64,000 nt of DNA, from positions 50,828 through 114,827 of the forward strand of contig CAVZJP010000001.1 in NCBI GenBank assembly GCA_963775565.1. The letters are read 5' to 3'. The stretch is from an uncultured Gammaproteobacteria bacterium (GTDB taxonomy: Bacteria > Pseudomonadota > Gammaproteobacteria > Steroidobacterales > Steroidobacteraceae). Each line of letters begins with the position of its first letter. Within the stretch, counting starts at the first letter, position 1. The notes below the pieces were generated by a model. That model saw nothing but the letters and a program-made list of their open reading frames with translations. It searched no databases and was not told the origin of the DNA. A program made the position numbers and the translations under genes. Positions 31,826 through 41,325 of this stretch are shown one piece after another.

Positions 31826-32659
31826 TTAGGAGCCTAGAGGCTTCGCGTCGAGCTTGGACCTGCGTGCCAGCCACAAGCTCACAGCCACGATCATCGCGCT
31901 CACCACCGCGAGCGTCAGAGTGGCGAGGACATTGATCTCGGGACTGACGCCGAGCCGCACCTTGGAAAACACCACCATGGGCAGGGTGCTGCTGCCGGGA
32001 CCGGAAGTGAAACTCGAGATCACGAGATCGTCCCACGACAGCGTAAACGCCAACAGCCACCCCGACAGGATGGCCGGGAAAATGATGGGCAGCGTGATGA
32101 CGAAGAACACCTTCACCGGCCGGGCGCCCAGGTCCATCGCCGCCTCCTCGAGCGCTGTGTCGAAAGTCGCAAGCCGCGAGTTCACGATCACCGTGACATA
32201 GGCCATCGAAAAGGTCATGTGAGCGATGGTCATGGTCGTGATGCCGCGGCCCGCGGGCCAACCGATGAGCTGCTCCAGCGCGACGAACAGCAGCAACAGC
32301 GACAGTCCGGTGATGACTTCGGGCATCACCAGCGGTGCGGTGGTCATGGCATTCAAGGTGAAACGTCCGCGAAATTGGCTGAATCGAGCCAATCCGAAAC
32401 CGGCGAGCGTGCCGAGAATCACCGAACCGGATGCATTGATGAGCGCAACCTTCAATGAAATCCACGCCGCATCGAGAATCTCCTCGTTGTTCAGCAGCGC
32501 GTAATACCACTTGAGCGTGGGCGAGTTTGCGCTATCCCAGACGGTCACCAGCTTGGATGCGTTGAAGGAGAAAACGACCATGGACAGGATCGGGATGTAC
32601 AGGAAAGCGAAACCCAATCCCAGGCAGGTCAGCACGAAGTAGGAGCTGCGGTGATTCAT
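31826..32659 (-). CDS. potI: Putrescine/spermidine ABC transporter permease
   Basis: The internal start MNHRSSYFVLTCLGLGFAFLYIPIL overlaps the upstream stop (ATGA at 32656-32659). It has an EAA-loop region (ALEEAAMDLGARPVKVFFVITLP). Confidence 0.85.
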   Translation of the reverse strand: MNHRSSYFVLTCLGLGFAFLYIPILSMVVFSFNASKLVTVWDSANSPTLKWYYALLNNEEILDAAWISLKVALINASGSVILGTLAGFGLARFSQFRGRFTLNAMTTAPLVMPEVITGLSLLLLFVALEQLIGWPAGRGITTMTIAHMTFSMAYVTVIVNSRLATFDTALEEAAMDLGARPVKVFFVITLPIIFPAILSGWLLAFTLSWDDLVISSFTSGPGSSTLPMVVFSKVRLGVSPEINVLATLTLAVVSAMIVAVSLWLARRSKLDAKPLGS

Positions 32660-33570
32660 CGGGCACCCGCAGTTTCGCGCGCCTGCACGCTCTGGTACCA
32701 CATCATGAAAGGCACCAACAGAATCAACAGCAGGATTGCGACCGCGCTCGCCACCGGCCACGCGCGGTTCGAGAAGAATTCATCCCACAGGACACGCCCG
32801 ATCATCAGCGCATTGGGACCGCCGAGCAGGGCCGGAATGACGAACTCGCCGACCGCGGGAATGAACACCAGCATGGAACCGGCGAGAATGCCGTTGCGCG
32901 ACAGAGGCAGCGTGATTTTATAGAACGCCTGCCACGGGCGGCATCCCAGGTCCTCGGCGGCTTCCAGCAATTGCCAGTCCATTTTCTCCAGATTGGCGTA
33001 GAGCGGCAGGATCAAGAACGGCAGATAGGAATAGACGATGCCGACATACATGGCGAAAGGCGTGTACAGCATCGCCAACGGCTCATGAATCACCCCCAGG
33101 GACAGCAACACATTGTTGATCACGCCGTTGGCCTTCAAGAGGCCGATCCAGGCATACACGCGCAGCAGCAGCGATGTCCAGAAAGGCAGTATGACCAGCA
33201 GCAGCAGCACATTGCGTGTCGCCGGTTTGGCGCGCGCGATGCCGTAGGCCATGGGGTAGCCGATCGCCAAACACAGCAGCGTCGAGAGAAACGCCACCTT
33301 GATCGAGTTGCCGAAGGCATGCAGATACAGCGAGTCGGTGAAGAGGAACGCGTAGTTATTGAAATTGAGCCTGATCGCGAGTGAATTCTTCCCCATCCAC
33401 TCCAGCAAGGGCTTGTACGGCGGAATCGCCAGGTCAACATCGGAGAAGGAAATCTTCAGCACGATGATGAACGGCACGACGAAAAAAAGCAGCAGCCACA
33501 GATAGGGTAACGCCACGACCAGACCCCTGCCCGTCACGCCGATTCGCTGCAGCTGTCCGGTTAACTTCAT
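32656..33570 (-). CDS. potH: Putrescine/spermidine ABC transporter permease
   Basis: The 304-aa ORF is a multi-TM protein with an EAA loop (LLEAAEDLGCRPWQAFYKITLP). Confidence 0.85.
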   Translation of the reverse strand: MKLTGQLQRIGVTGRGLVVALPYLWLLLFFVVPFIIVLKISFSDVDLAIPPYKPLLEWMGKNSLAIRLNFNNYAFLFTDSLYLHAFGNSIKVAFLSTLLCLAIGYPMAYGIARAKPATRNVLLLLVILPFWTSLLLRVYAWIGLLKANGVINNVLLSLGVIHEPLAMLYTPFAMYVGIVYSYLPFLILPLYANLEKMDWQLLEAAEDLGCRPWQAFYKITLPLSRNGILAGSMLVFIPAVGEFVIPALLGGPNALMIGRVLWDEFFSNRAWPVASAVAILLLILLVPFMMWYQSVQARETAGAR

Positions 33571-33574
33571 GGAG

Positions 33575-34717
33575 TTAACGGGTTACCACCACCGGACTGG
33601 TCGCATCCCACGATAAGTACACCTGCTGATCCCAGCCGATCGCCTCGGCATGGCGCGAGGTATTGGGTTGCGTCACGCGCACGACCTTGCCCGTGGGCAA
33701 TTTGACCAGGTAGATCGATAGATCGCCCAGATAGGCAATGTCCTGCACCGCGCCGCGCACCACGTTGTCGGGTCCGCCCGTCGGGGCCTCGGTCGACATG
33801 AATATTTTCTCGGGCCGCACGGCGGCCCAGACGATCGCTTCCGGCGGTGCACTGATGCCGTGGCTGACGAAGATGGTGCCTCCCAGTTCGGGCGATCCGA
33901 TGCGCACGTAGTCAGGCTCATCCTCCAGAAGCTTGCCCTCGAACATGTTCACCGAACCGACGAAATCAGCCACAAACTTCGAGCCTGGAAACTCGTAGAT
34001 TTCCGACGGCGTTCCTGCCTGCACGATCTCGCCGTGATTCATCACGCCGATGCGGCTCGCCAGCGTCATGGCCTCCTCCTGGTCGTGGGTGACGACGATG
34101 AAGGTCACCCCCAGCTTGTCCTGCAAGCTGATCAATTCGAATTGCGTATGCTCACGCAGCTTCTTGTCGAGCGCCCCCAGGGGCTCGTCCAGCAACAGAA
34201 GTTTGGGGCGTTTGACCAGCGAACGGGCGAGCGCGACCCGCTGACGCTGGCCGCCGGACAGCTGATGGGGTTTGCGCTTCGCAAAGCTGCCCATCTTCAC
34301 CAGATCGAGCATGGTGGCCACGCGTTCCTGGATCTCGGATTTGGCCAGCCGATCTTGTTTCAGGCCGAAAGCGACGTTCTGTTCGACACTCATATGCGGA
34401 AACAGCGCGTATGACTGGAACATCATGTTCACCGGCCGCTCGTAGGGCGGTACGCCCGTCATATCCTCGCCGTCGATGAAAATCCTGCCGGACGTCGGCG
34501 TCTCGAATCCGCCCAGCATGCGCAGCAATGTGGTCTTGCCGCACCCCGAAGCACCCAGCAAGCAGAATATTTCCCCCTTGTAGACCTTCAGGGAGACATC
34601 ATCGACCGCCTTGAAATCGCCGAAGGCCTTGGTTATTCGCTCCACCTTTACATAGGGGACCGCGGCGGGATCGTTCCAGGGCTGGGCTTTGACGACGCCT
34701 CCGGAGACTGACGTCAT
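33575..34717 (-). CDS. potG: Putrescine/spermidine ABC transporter ATP-binding protein
   Basis: It has Walker A (GASGCGKTT), the signature LSGGQRQRVALAR, Walker B (LLLLDEP) and a TOBE-like C-terminal domain. Confidence 0.88.
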   Translation of the reverse strand: MTSVSGGVVKAQPWNDPAAVPYVKVERITKAFGDFKAVDDVSLKVYKGEIFCLLGASGCGKTTLLRMLGGFETPTSGRIFIDGEDMTGVPPYERPVNMMFQSYALFPHMSVEQNVAFGLKQDRLAKSEIQERVATMLDLVKMGSFAKRKPHQLSGGQRQRVALARSLVKRPKLLLLDEPLGALDKKLREHTQFELISLQDKLGVTFIVVTHDQEEAMTLASRIGVMNHGEIVQAGTPSEIYEFPGSKFVADFVGSVNMFEGKLLEDEPDYVRIGSPELGGTIFVSHGISAPPEAIVWAAVRPEKIFMSTEAPTGGPDNVVRGAVQDIAYLGDLSIYLVKLPTGKVVRVTQPNTSRHAEAIGWDQQVYLSWDATSPVVVTR

Positions 34718-34720
34718 CGG

Positions 34721-35848
34721 TTATTGACCCGTCTTGAATTTTTGCCAGACCCGCGTGATCGCGCGAGTCTGCTCGGGCGAGTCGGCCAGCTGCACCTTCA
34801 GCCTTTGCATCTGATCGGGCGTCGGATAGATACCAGGATCGTCCTTGACCGCGCTCTGCACCAACGGCTGGGCCGCGGCGTTGGCGTCGGCGTAGCGCTT
34901 GAAATTGGAGATATCGGCGGTCACTTGCGGAGTCATGATGTAGTTCAAGAACGCGTAGGCACTCTCCGGATCCGGCGCATCCTTGGGGATGGCCAGCATG
35001 TCGAACCACAGGATCGAGCCTTCCTTGGGCACGGCATACTGGATGTCGATGCCGTTCTTGGCCTCACGCGCCCGATCGCGCGCCTGCATCACGTCTCCGT
35101 TGTAGGCCACGGCGATGCAAAGGTCGCCATTGGCCAGCGCCTCGATGTATTCCGAGGAATTGATATTGCGAATGTACGGTCTGATCTTGGCCAGCGCCGC
35201 TTCCGCGGCAGCCAGATCATCCGCGCTTTGCGAATTCGGATCCTTGCCGAGATAGCTCATCACCACGCGGATCATCTCGGCCGGCGAGTCCAGCACGCTG
35301 ATGCCGCATTTGGCGACCTTCGATGCCACTGCCGGATCGAATACCAGACTCCAACTGTCGAGAGGTGCATCCGGCATCAGCGCCTTGACCATCTTTTCGT
35401 TGTAACCGATGCCGTTGGTGCCCCACAGGTAGATGATGGCGTGCGCATTGTCCGGGTCGTGCAAGGCGACCTTGGCCATCAGTTTCGGATCCATGTTCTT
35501 CAGGTTCGGCAGCTTCGACTTGTCGAGCGGCAGAAAGGCCCCCGCCTTGATCTGCCTCTCCAAGTACGAGGCCGTCGGCACCACGACGTCGAAACCGCTG
35601 CTGCCCGCAAGCAGTTTGGTCTCGAGGGTCTCGTTGGTGTCGAAGTAGGCGGCGTGCACCTTGATGCCCGTCTGCTTCTCGAAGTCGGACAGCGTGTCCG
35701 GCGCCAAGTAATCCGACCAGATGTATAGATTGAGGATTTTGGAGTGGGACTCGCCGCTCGTCCCCGTGCCGGACGGCTTCCCGCCGCAGGCGCTCAAGCT
35801 CAACAAAACACCGAGCGCCAGAATCGCCGTCCGACGAACGCAGAACAT
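34721..35848 (-). CDS. potF: Putrescine-binding periplasmic (lipo)protein
   Basis: It has a lipobox (LSLSACGG). PotF/PotD-family sequence follows: LNLYIWSDYLAPDTLSDFEKQTGIKV ... YLWGTNGIGYN. Confidence 0.85.
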   Translation of the reverse strand: MFCVRRTAILALGVLLSLSACGGKPSGTGTSGESHSKILNLYIWSDYLAPDTLSDFEKQTGIKVHAAYFDTNETLETKLLAGSSGFDVVVPTASYLERQIKAGAFLPLDKSKLPNLKNMDPKLMAKVALHDPDNAHAIIYLWGTNGIGYNEKMVKALMPDAPLDSWSLVFDPAVASKVAKCGISVLDSPAEMIRVVMSYLGKDPNSQSADDLAAAEAALAKIRPYIRNINSSEYIEALANGDLCIAVAYNGDVMQARDRAREAKNGIDIQYAVPKEGSILWFDMLAIPKDAPDPESAYAFLNYIMTPQVTADISNFKRYADANAAAQPLVQSAVKDDPGIYPTPDQMQRLKVQLADSPEQTRAITRVWQKFKTGQ

Positions 35849-35913
35849 CTGACGCTTCCCCTATTTTTTTGGTCCGCTAGTTATAGCGCAGCGGCAACGC
35901 GGCCGCTAGGCTC

Positions 35914-37251
35914 CTAAACGTTCAATAGCAAGTGCTCGCGTTCCCAGGAACTGATGACCTGCGCGAAGGTCTCGTACTCGGCTTCCTTGACCGCCGTGAA
36001 GGCCAGTACGAAGCGATCGCCGAACAGGTCCACCAGCGGCTTGGATTCGCGCAGCAGGCGCAATGATTCCGCCAAAGTGCGCGGCAGGGCGATGGCCAGA
36101 TCGTAGGCGCTGCCGGCAATGGGCTCCGAGGGCTTGAGGCCCTCGATCATGCCGAGATAACCGCAGGCCAAAGAGGCCGCGATGGCGAGATAGGGATTCG
36201 CATCCGCCCCACCGACGCGATTCTCCACGCGGCGCGCATCGGCGCCGGACATCGGCACCCGCAGGCCGGCGGTTCGATTGTCATAGCCCCAATGCACGTT
36301 GATGGGTGCGGAGGAGTAACGACTGATGCGCCGATAGCTGTTGACGTTGGGGCAGAACAAGGACATCGCACCGGGGAGGTACTTTTGCAGTCCCCCGATA
36401 TGTCCAAAGAACAACTCCGAAGGGGAACCATCGGCGTTGCTGAAAATGTTTTTTCGGGTTTTGGTATTGATGATGCTTTGATGCAGGTGCATGGCGCTCC
36501 CAGGCTCCTTGGCCATGGGTTTTGCCATGAACGTGGCATACATCTTGTGGCGCAGCGCCGCTTCGCGCGCCGTGCGCTTGAACAGGAATGCCTGATCGGC
36601 GAGAGACATGGGGTAGCCATGCAACAGATTGATTTCCATTTGCGCCGCGCCGGATTCATGGATCAACGTGTCGATTTCGATGTCCTGCGCGTCGCAGAAC
36701 GCGTACATGTCGTCGAACAGGGGATCGAACTCGTTGACCGCCGCGATGCTATAGGCCTGCCTGCCTGTCTCCGGACGTCCCGAGCGGCCCACCGGCGGCT
36801 TCAAGGGGTAGTCGGAATCGATATTCGGTTCCACCAGGAAAAATTCCAGTTCCGGGGCAACCACCGGCTCCCATCCCTGCGCCTCGTACAGGTCGAGAAT
36901 TCGCCGCAGCACGTAGCGCGGCGCCATGGTGACCGGTCGCCCGTCGCCGTAGAAGCAGTCGTGAATCACCTGTGCAGTGGGCTCCGCCGCCCAGGGCACG
37001 ACCCGAACCGTTTTTGGATCGGCCTTGAGGACAATGTCGATGTCGGAGGGATTCATCGCGCTTTGGTCGTCCGGGTAATCGCCGGTGACCGTTTGCAGGA
37101 AAATCGCCTCGGGCAGGCGCATGCCCTCCTCCTCGGCGAATTTCTCGGCGGGCATGAGCTTGCCGCGCGCGACGCCGGCCATGTCCGGGATGATCGCTTC
37201 GACCTCCGAAATGCCGTGCTCTTTTAAGAATTGTTGAATCGTGCTCGCCAT
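35914..37251 (-). CDS. puuA: Glutamine synthetase-family gamma-glutamylpolyamine (gamma-glutamylputrescine) synthetase
   Basis: The 445-aa type III GS-like ORF reads PELEFFLV ... HESGAAQMEINL ... MAKPMAKEPGSAMHLHQS ... NRTAGLRVP. The call rests on its position between puuD and potF. Confidence 0.8.
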   Translation of the reverse strand: MASTIQQFLKEHGISEVEAIIPDMAGVARGKLMPAEKFAEEEGMRLPEAIFLQTVTGDYPDDQSAMNPSDIDIVLKADPKTVRVVPWAAEPTAQVIHDCFYGDGRPVTMAPRYVLRRILDLYEAQGWEPVVAPELEFFLVEPNIDSDYPLKPPVGRSGRPETGRQAYSIAAVNEFDPLFDDMYAFCDAQDIEIDTLIHESGAAQMEINLLHGYPMSLADQAFLFKRTAREAALRHKMYATFMAKPMAKEPGSAMHLHQSIINTKTRKNIFSNADGSPSELFFGHIGGLQKYLPGAMSLFCPNVNSYRRISRYSSAPINVHWGYDNRTAGLRVPMSGADARRVENRVGGADANPYLAIAASLACGYLGMIEGLKPSEPIAGSAYDLAIALPRTLAESLRLLRESKPLVDLFGDRFVLAFTAVKEAEYETFAQVISSWEREHLLLNV

Positions 37252-37254
37252 GGT

Positions 37255-38010
37255 TCACCTTGAAGCTGATGCGCGTTGCCGGCTGGCGCTGCCGAATGCG
37301 GCGAACAGCGCGCGCGAAAATGAGTCCCTGGCAAACTGCCACTCTGGATGCCACTGCAACCCCAGCGCGAAACTGGGCGAATCGGCCACTCGAAACGCCT
37401 CGATCACCCCGTCCGGGGCGCGCGCCTCGACCGCCAGGTCCGACCCCAATTTCTCGACGCCCTGCGAGTGCAGAGAATTGACTTGCAGGCGGTCCCGGCC
37501 TGCCATTTTTCGCAGTTCGCCGCCGGGCTCGAGCAGCACCTCGTGGGCTGGAGCGTATTGAACGTCCAGCGGCAGCGATTCATCGTCGCGGTGATCGAGG
37601 TTGCCCGGTACCTCGTGCAAGCGTGGGTTTAAGGTGCCGCCAAAGGCGACATTCATTTCTTGAAATCCGCGGCAGATCGCCAGCACCGGCAAGCCGGCGG
37701 CGACGGCACGCGGAATCAGCGGAAGCGTCGTAGCATCCCGATTTGGGTCATGTAGTGTTCCCGGCGCGCTGTCCGGTCCTCCGTAGTGTTGCGGTTCAAC
37801 ATTCGACGCACTGCCCGTGAGCAGCAATCCGTCGCAAACTTCCAAAAGCGACGCCAAATCAATCTCGGACCCCAATGCAGGCACGAGCACCGGCACCGCA
37901 TTCGCACCCTGGGCGACGGCTTCTATGTACTTCTCGCCGACCATGTGGAAGTAATGCTTTCCATACAGCCGACGATCAGCCGGAATTGCAATGATCGGCA
38001 GGCGCGGCAT
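37255..38010 (-). CDS. puuD: Gamma-glutamyl-gamma-aminobutyrate hydrolase (class I glutamine amidotransferase, peptidase C26)
   Basis: MPRLPIIAIPADRRLYGKHYFHMVGEKYIEAV ... the nucleophile motif LAICRGFQEMNV ... LQWHPE. Confidence 0.85.
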   Translation of the reverse strand: MPRLPIIAIPADRRLYGKHYFHMVGEKYIEAVAQGANAVPVLVPALGSEIDLASLLEVCDGLLLTGSASNVEPQHYGGPDSAPGTLHDPNRDATTLPLIPRAVAAGLPVLAICRGFQEMNVAFGGTLNPRLHEVPGNLDHRDDESLPLDVQYAPAHEVLLEPGGELRKMAGRDRLQVNSLHSQGVEKLGSDLAVEARAPDGVIEAFRVADSPSFALGLQWHPEWQFARDSFSRALFAAFGSASRQRASASR

Positions 38011-38026
38011 GTTTAAGATATTAAAC
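38011..38026. promoter_or_regulatory. Imperfect palindrome GTTTAAgataTTAAAC abutting the puuD start codon
   Basis: The 6-bp arms are exact reverse complements with a 4-nt spacer. The element is immediately upstream of the puuD ATG (38008-38010, minus strand) in an unusually AT-rich 242-bp intergenic region. Confidence 0.3.
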
Positions 38027-38150
38027 GTCCAAGGGGACGACTAGGCTTGGCTATGGGCAATATTACACCACTCCCCCCATGCCCCGGGCCGGTACGGCAT
38101 GCAAAAAGAGCTAAGATTTAGGCATTTCCAACACTTAGACGTGTTTTGTG

Positions 38151-38169
38151 CACGGCAGCAATATTGCAT
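38151..38169 (+). promoter_or_regulatory. Candidate sigma-54 (-24/-12) promoter upstream of puuB
   Basis: caCGGCAGcaatatTTGCAt has GG (38154-38155) and GC (38166-38167) with the canonical 10-nt spacing and a perfect TTGCA -12 element. The -24 half matches the TGGCAC consensus only partly. It lies about 86 nt upstream of the ATG at 38253. Confidence 0.3.
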
Positions 38170-38252
38170 TTTCACAGAAAACCTCTGTAGGCTCACAGCC
38201 CCTCAATCCTGTCAATAGCCATAAAATCCTAAACACTTTCACCTAAGACCCC

Positions 38253-39533
38253 ATGCAGCTGTCATATCCCCCTGCTCCCTCTTACTACGCCGCCGGCAAC
38301 CTCTGGACGGCACGCGCTTGCCTAAGCGGGGAATCGCGCGTCGACGTGGTGGTGCTCGGCGCGGGCATCGCGGGTCTCTCGGCCGCGTTGCATCTCACCT
38401 CACGCGGCTACCGGGTCGCGGTGCTGGAAGCCCGCGCCGTCGGTTACGGCGCATCGGGACGCAGCGGCGGTCAAACCATCTTTGGTCTCGCTGTCGGCCA
38501 GCAAAAACTCATCGCCGCCGTGGGACGCGAGGATGCACGGCGCTTGTTCGATCTTTCCCTGGAAGCTTTGGATCTCACGCAATCGCTGATCCGGGATCAT
38601 GGAATCGAATGCGACTACCGTCCCAATCACGTGCATGTCGCCGTGAAGGCGCGCCACGTGCAGGAGCTCAAATCATGGACTCGCGAGCTCAACGAGGAGT
38701 ACGCCTACCAATCGGTGCGCCTGCTCGATCGCGATGAGCTCCAAGGCCATGTGCGCAGCGAGCGCTATCTTGCGGGTATGATTGACACGCGCAGCGGTCA
38801 CTTGCACCCCTTGAGGTACACCCAAGGGTTGGCGCGCGCCGCGGAAGCCGCCGGCGCCGTCATTTACGAGAACTCCGAGGTTCTACGCTATCAGGATGGC
38901 GCGGAGATCCGCGTCCATACCGACCAAGGCACGCTGCGCTGCGCCCACCTCGTGCTCTGCGGCAATGCCTATATCGGCGCCGTCGCACCGGCGCTGGCGC
39001 GCCGGATTCTTGGCGTCGGCACCTACATCATCGCGACCGAACCTCTGGGCGAGGAACTCGCCCGCACCGTGCTGCCCAGCAATGCGGCCGCCGCCGACAT
39101 CAATTGGGTATTGGATTATTTCAGACGGTCGAACGATCATCGCATGTTGTTTGGCGGACGCGTCAGCTACAGTTCGGTGCAGCCGCCGCGCCTCGCCGAA
39201 TCGATGCGCAAGCGCATGGTGCGCGTGTTCCCGGCGCTATCCAAAGCCAAAGTGGACTTCGCATGGGGCGGCTACCTGGACATCACCATGAGCCGAGCGC
39301 CGAATTTCGGGCGGCTGGCGCCCAATGTATTTTATCTGCAAGGATTTTCCGGCCATGGCGTGGCGCTGGCGGGCTTGGCGGGCAAGCTGGTCGCCGAGGC
39401 CGCGGCCGGCACGGCGGAGCGCTTCGATGTGTTTGCGCGCATTCCGCATCGTGATTTCCCGGGCGGTCGCTTGTTCCGGCGGCCCTCGCTGATGCTGGCG
39501 ATGCTCTATTACCGACTGCGCGATTTGTTGTAG
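38253..39533 (+). CDS. puuB: FAD-dependent gamma-glutamylputrescine oxidoreductase-like enzyme
   Basis: The 426-aa DAO-family ORF has VDVVVLGAGIAGLSAA. It is divergent from puuD-puuA. Confidence 0.7.
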   Translation: MQLSYPPAPSYYAAGNLWTARACLSGESRVDVVVLGAGIAGLSAALHLTSRGYRVAVLEARAVGYGASGRSGGQTIFGLAVGQQKLIAAVGREDARRLFDLSLEALDLTQSLIRDHGIECDYRPNHVHVAVKARHVQELKSWTRELNEEYAYQSVRLLDRDELQGHVRSERYLAGMIDTRSGHLHPLRYTQGLARAAEAAGAVIYENSEVLRYQDGAEIRVHTDQGTLRCAHLVLCGNAYIGAVAPALARRILGVGTYIIATEPLGEELARTVLPSNAAAADINWVLDYFRRSNDHRMLFGGRVSYSSVQPPRLAESMRKRMVRVFPALSKAKVDFAWGGYLDITMSRAPNFGRLAPNVFYLQGFSGHGVALAGLAGKLVAEAAAGTAERFDVFARIPHRDFPGGRLFRRPSLMLAMLYYRLRDLL

Positions 39534-39659
39534 CGGCCGCGTCGCGGTCGGGCGCCGGCCACGCGCTGAACTCGCGGTCAAATTCTTGCCGCGCGGCGTT
39601 CAACTTTTCCACACCGCACCGCGACCCACTGAGCACATCCACCCAAGCAGGGGAACGCC

Positions 39660-41276
39660 ATGCGTGTGCTCAATCGCGGTGCTTCGAATTGGGGCGCGCT
39701 GGCGCCGACTCTTACCGCCAGTCTGTTGATCGGTTGCGGGGGCGGTATGGGCGGCAGCGGGTATGGGGGTTCGATGCCACCCCCGCCCTCTGTCAACTTC
39801 ATGACGCCTGCTCAGGCCCTGACCATCAATCTAGGACAGGGTGTGAACCTTTCCTGGACATCGGCCAATGTGAGCTCGTGCACGGCCTCAACCTCCAATG
39901 CCATGGCCGGCGATTTCACCGGCAGTCAATCCTCGAGCGGCTCGATCATCGTTGCCCCCACGGCCGCCGGCAGCACGACTTACACACTGATGTGCTCTGG
40001 CAGCATGGGCGGCAGCGCCTCGGCGACCACGGCGATGGTGACGGTCAACCCCTCCATTTTGAGCACGCTGTCGATCGCCAACATGGTCACCATCGGGCCG
40101 ACACTCGACCCGAGTGCCAACATGTTCGGCGGCAATCCTTATGGACTCGCCATTGCACCCATCAGCGCCGGGCCCATCACGGCGGGCGATCTGATCGTGT
40201 GTAATTTCAATTCCGGCGCGCTCGGCACACAGGGGTCCGGGACGACCATCGTCGGATTACATGCCCCCGCGTCCGGCGCCGCTCCGGCTGCGCAGTTGCC
40301 CTACCTGATTGCGAACGACCCCGCGCTCACGGGCTGCAGCGCGCTCGCGATGCTGCCCGATGACAGTATTTCCGCCGCAGCGTTTTCCTCGGGCATGAGT
40401 CCCTTGGTGACGCCGTCCGGTAGCGTGACCAATCCGTTCGCTGCCGATGCGTTCGGCTCTCCCTGGGGCGAGGTCTTTGTACCCACTGCGGCGCAAGTCA
40501 TGGGAGGCTATGGCGTCATGGGCATGGGCGACGACGCCATGATGAACGCGGATGGCGACGCCACGATGAGCGCGGTCCGCGACGGCGCCACACAGACACA
40601 CAGCAGCTCACCGACAAACCCCACGCTTTACGTGTCCACCTTCGACGGCTCGATCGACCGGATCGAACTCAGCAACGATGCGCAGAGTTCATTCACCCAA
40701 ATCGCCACCGGCTTTTGCGGCAGTGGTTCGCCCGGCGCCATCTTCGCGCCGGCGGGTCTGACCTACGACCCGTCGATCGACACGCTGTACATCATCGACA
40801 CGAGCTCAAACAGTGTCGTTGCATTCGCCAATGTATCGAGCATCGGCGCGGCGGGCGTGGTGGTCGATGGCCAGTGCGCGGCGGTCATGGCGCCGCCGAC
40901 GGCCGCACCTACGTTCAGCGGCCCCTCGGCATCCTCCGCGCGGGTAGTGGCCACCGGCGGCCCGTTGATTGCGCCGATCAGTGCGGCCCTGCTTGCGGAC
41001 GGCGATCTGATTGTGGGCAATGGCGATGACAGTATCAGCGCAACCCAGATTCCCAATCTGGTCGTGGAGATCTCCCCGGTGCTGCCGGGCGGATTCGTCG
41101 GTGATCCCGTGCAGCTCGATCCGGGCAGCAACGGGCCGGGTGCGGTTTGCGGTGCAAGCGTGGCTTGCGGTCAGGGCGCACTGTTCGGCATCGCCGCAAC
41201 GGTCGACTCGCAGGGGAAACAGCGGGTCTACTTCAACGACGACAACAGCAACGCCGTCATGCTGATCACCCAGTAG
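39660..41276 (+). CDS. Hypothetical lipoprotein with N-terminal Ig-like module and beta-propeller-like (NHL-type) C-terminal region
   Basis: It has a lipobox (LLIGCGGG). The Ig-like motif is NLSWTSANVSSCTAS ... TTYTLMCSG ... VTVNP. The repeats are Gly/Ser/Ala-rich, and sequences such as LYIIDTSSNSVVAF suggest propeller blades. No catalytic motif was recognised. Confidence 0.45.
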   Translation: MRVLNRGASNWGALAPTLTASLLIGCGGGMGGSGYGGSMPPPPSVNFMTPAQALTINLGQGVNLSWTSANVSSCTASTSNAMAGDFTGSQSSSGSIIVAPTAAGSTTYTLMCSGSMGGSASATTAMVTVNPSILSTLSIANMVTIGPTLDPSANMFGGNPYGLAIAPISAGPITAGDLIVCNFNSGALGTQGSGTTIVGLHAPASGAAPAAQLPYLIANDPALTGCSALAMLPDDSISAAAFSSGMSPLVTPSGSVTNPFAADAFGSPWGEVFVPTAAQVMGGYGVMGMGDDAMMNADGDATMSAVRDGATQTHSSSPTNPTLYVSTFDGSIDRIELSNDAQSSFTQIATGFCGSGSPGAIFAPAGLTYDPSIDTLYIIDTSSNSVVAFANVSSIGAAGVVVDGQCAAVMAPPTAAPTFSGPSASSARVVATGGPLIAPISAALLADGDLIVGNGDDSISATQIPNLVVEISPVLPGGFVGDPVQLDPGSNGPGAVCGASVACGQGALFGIAATVDSQGKQRVYFNDDNSNAVMLITQ

Positions 41277-41325
41277 CCCGCCGGAGGCTGCGTCGAGGCG
41301 CCCCGGCCCACGCCGAATCAGCCCG

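Noticed and set aside
5456-37227. Other long antisense ORFs: 5456..6382(-), 10345..11763(+), 13183..14211(+), 19107..19961(+), 19796..20878(-), 29679..30845(-), 34724..35728(+), 36292..37227(+)
   Set aside because: Each lies opposite a gene with unambiguous family motifs (psd, parC, parE, aguA, icd, the flavoprotein, potF, puuA). Each has a low-complexity Arg/Gly/Ala/Pro-biased translation. I treated them as GC-driven open frames, not genes.
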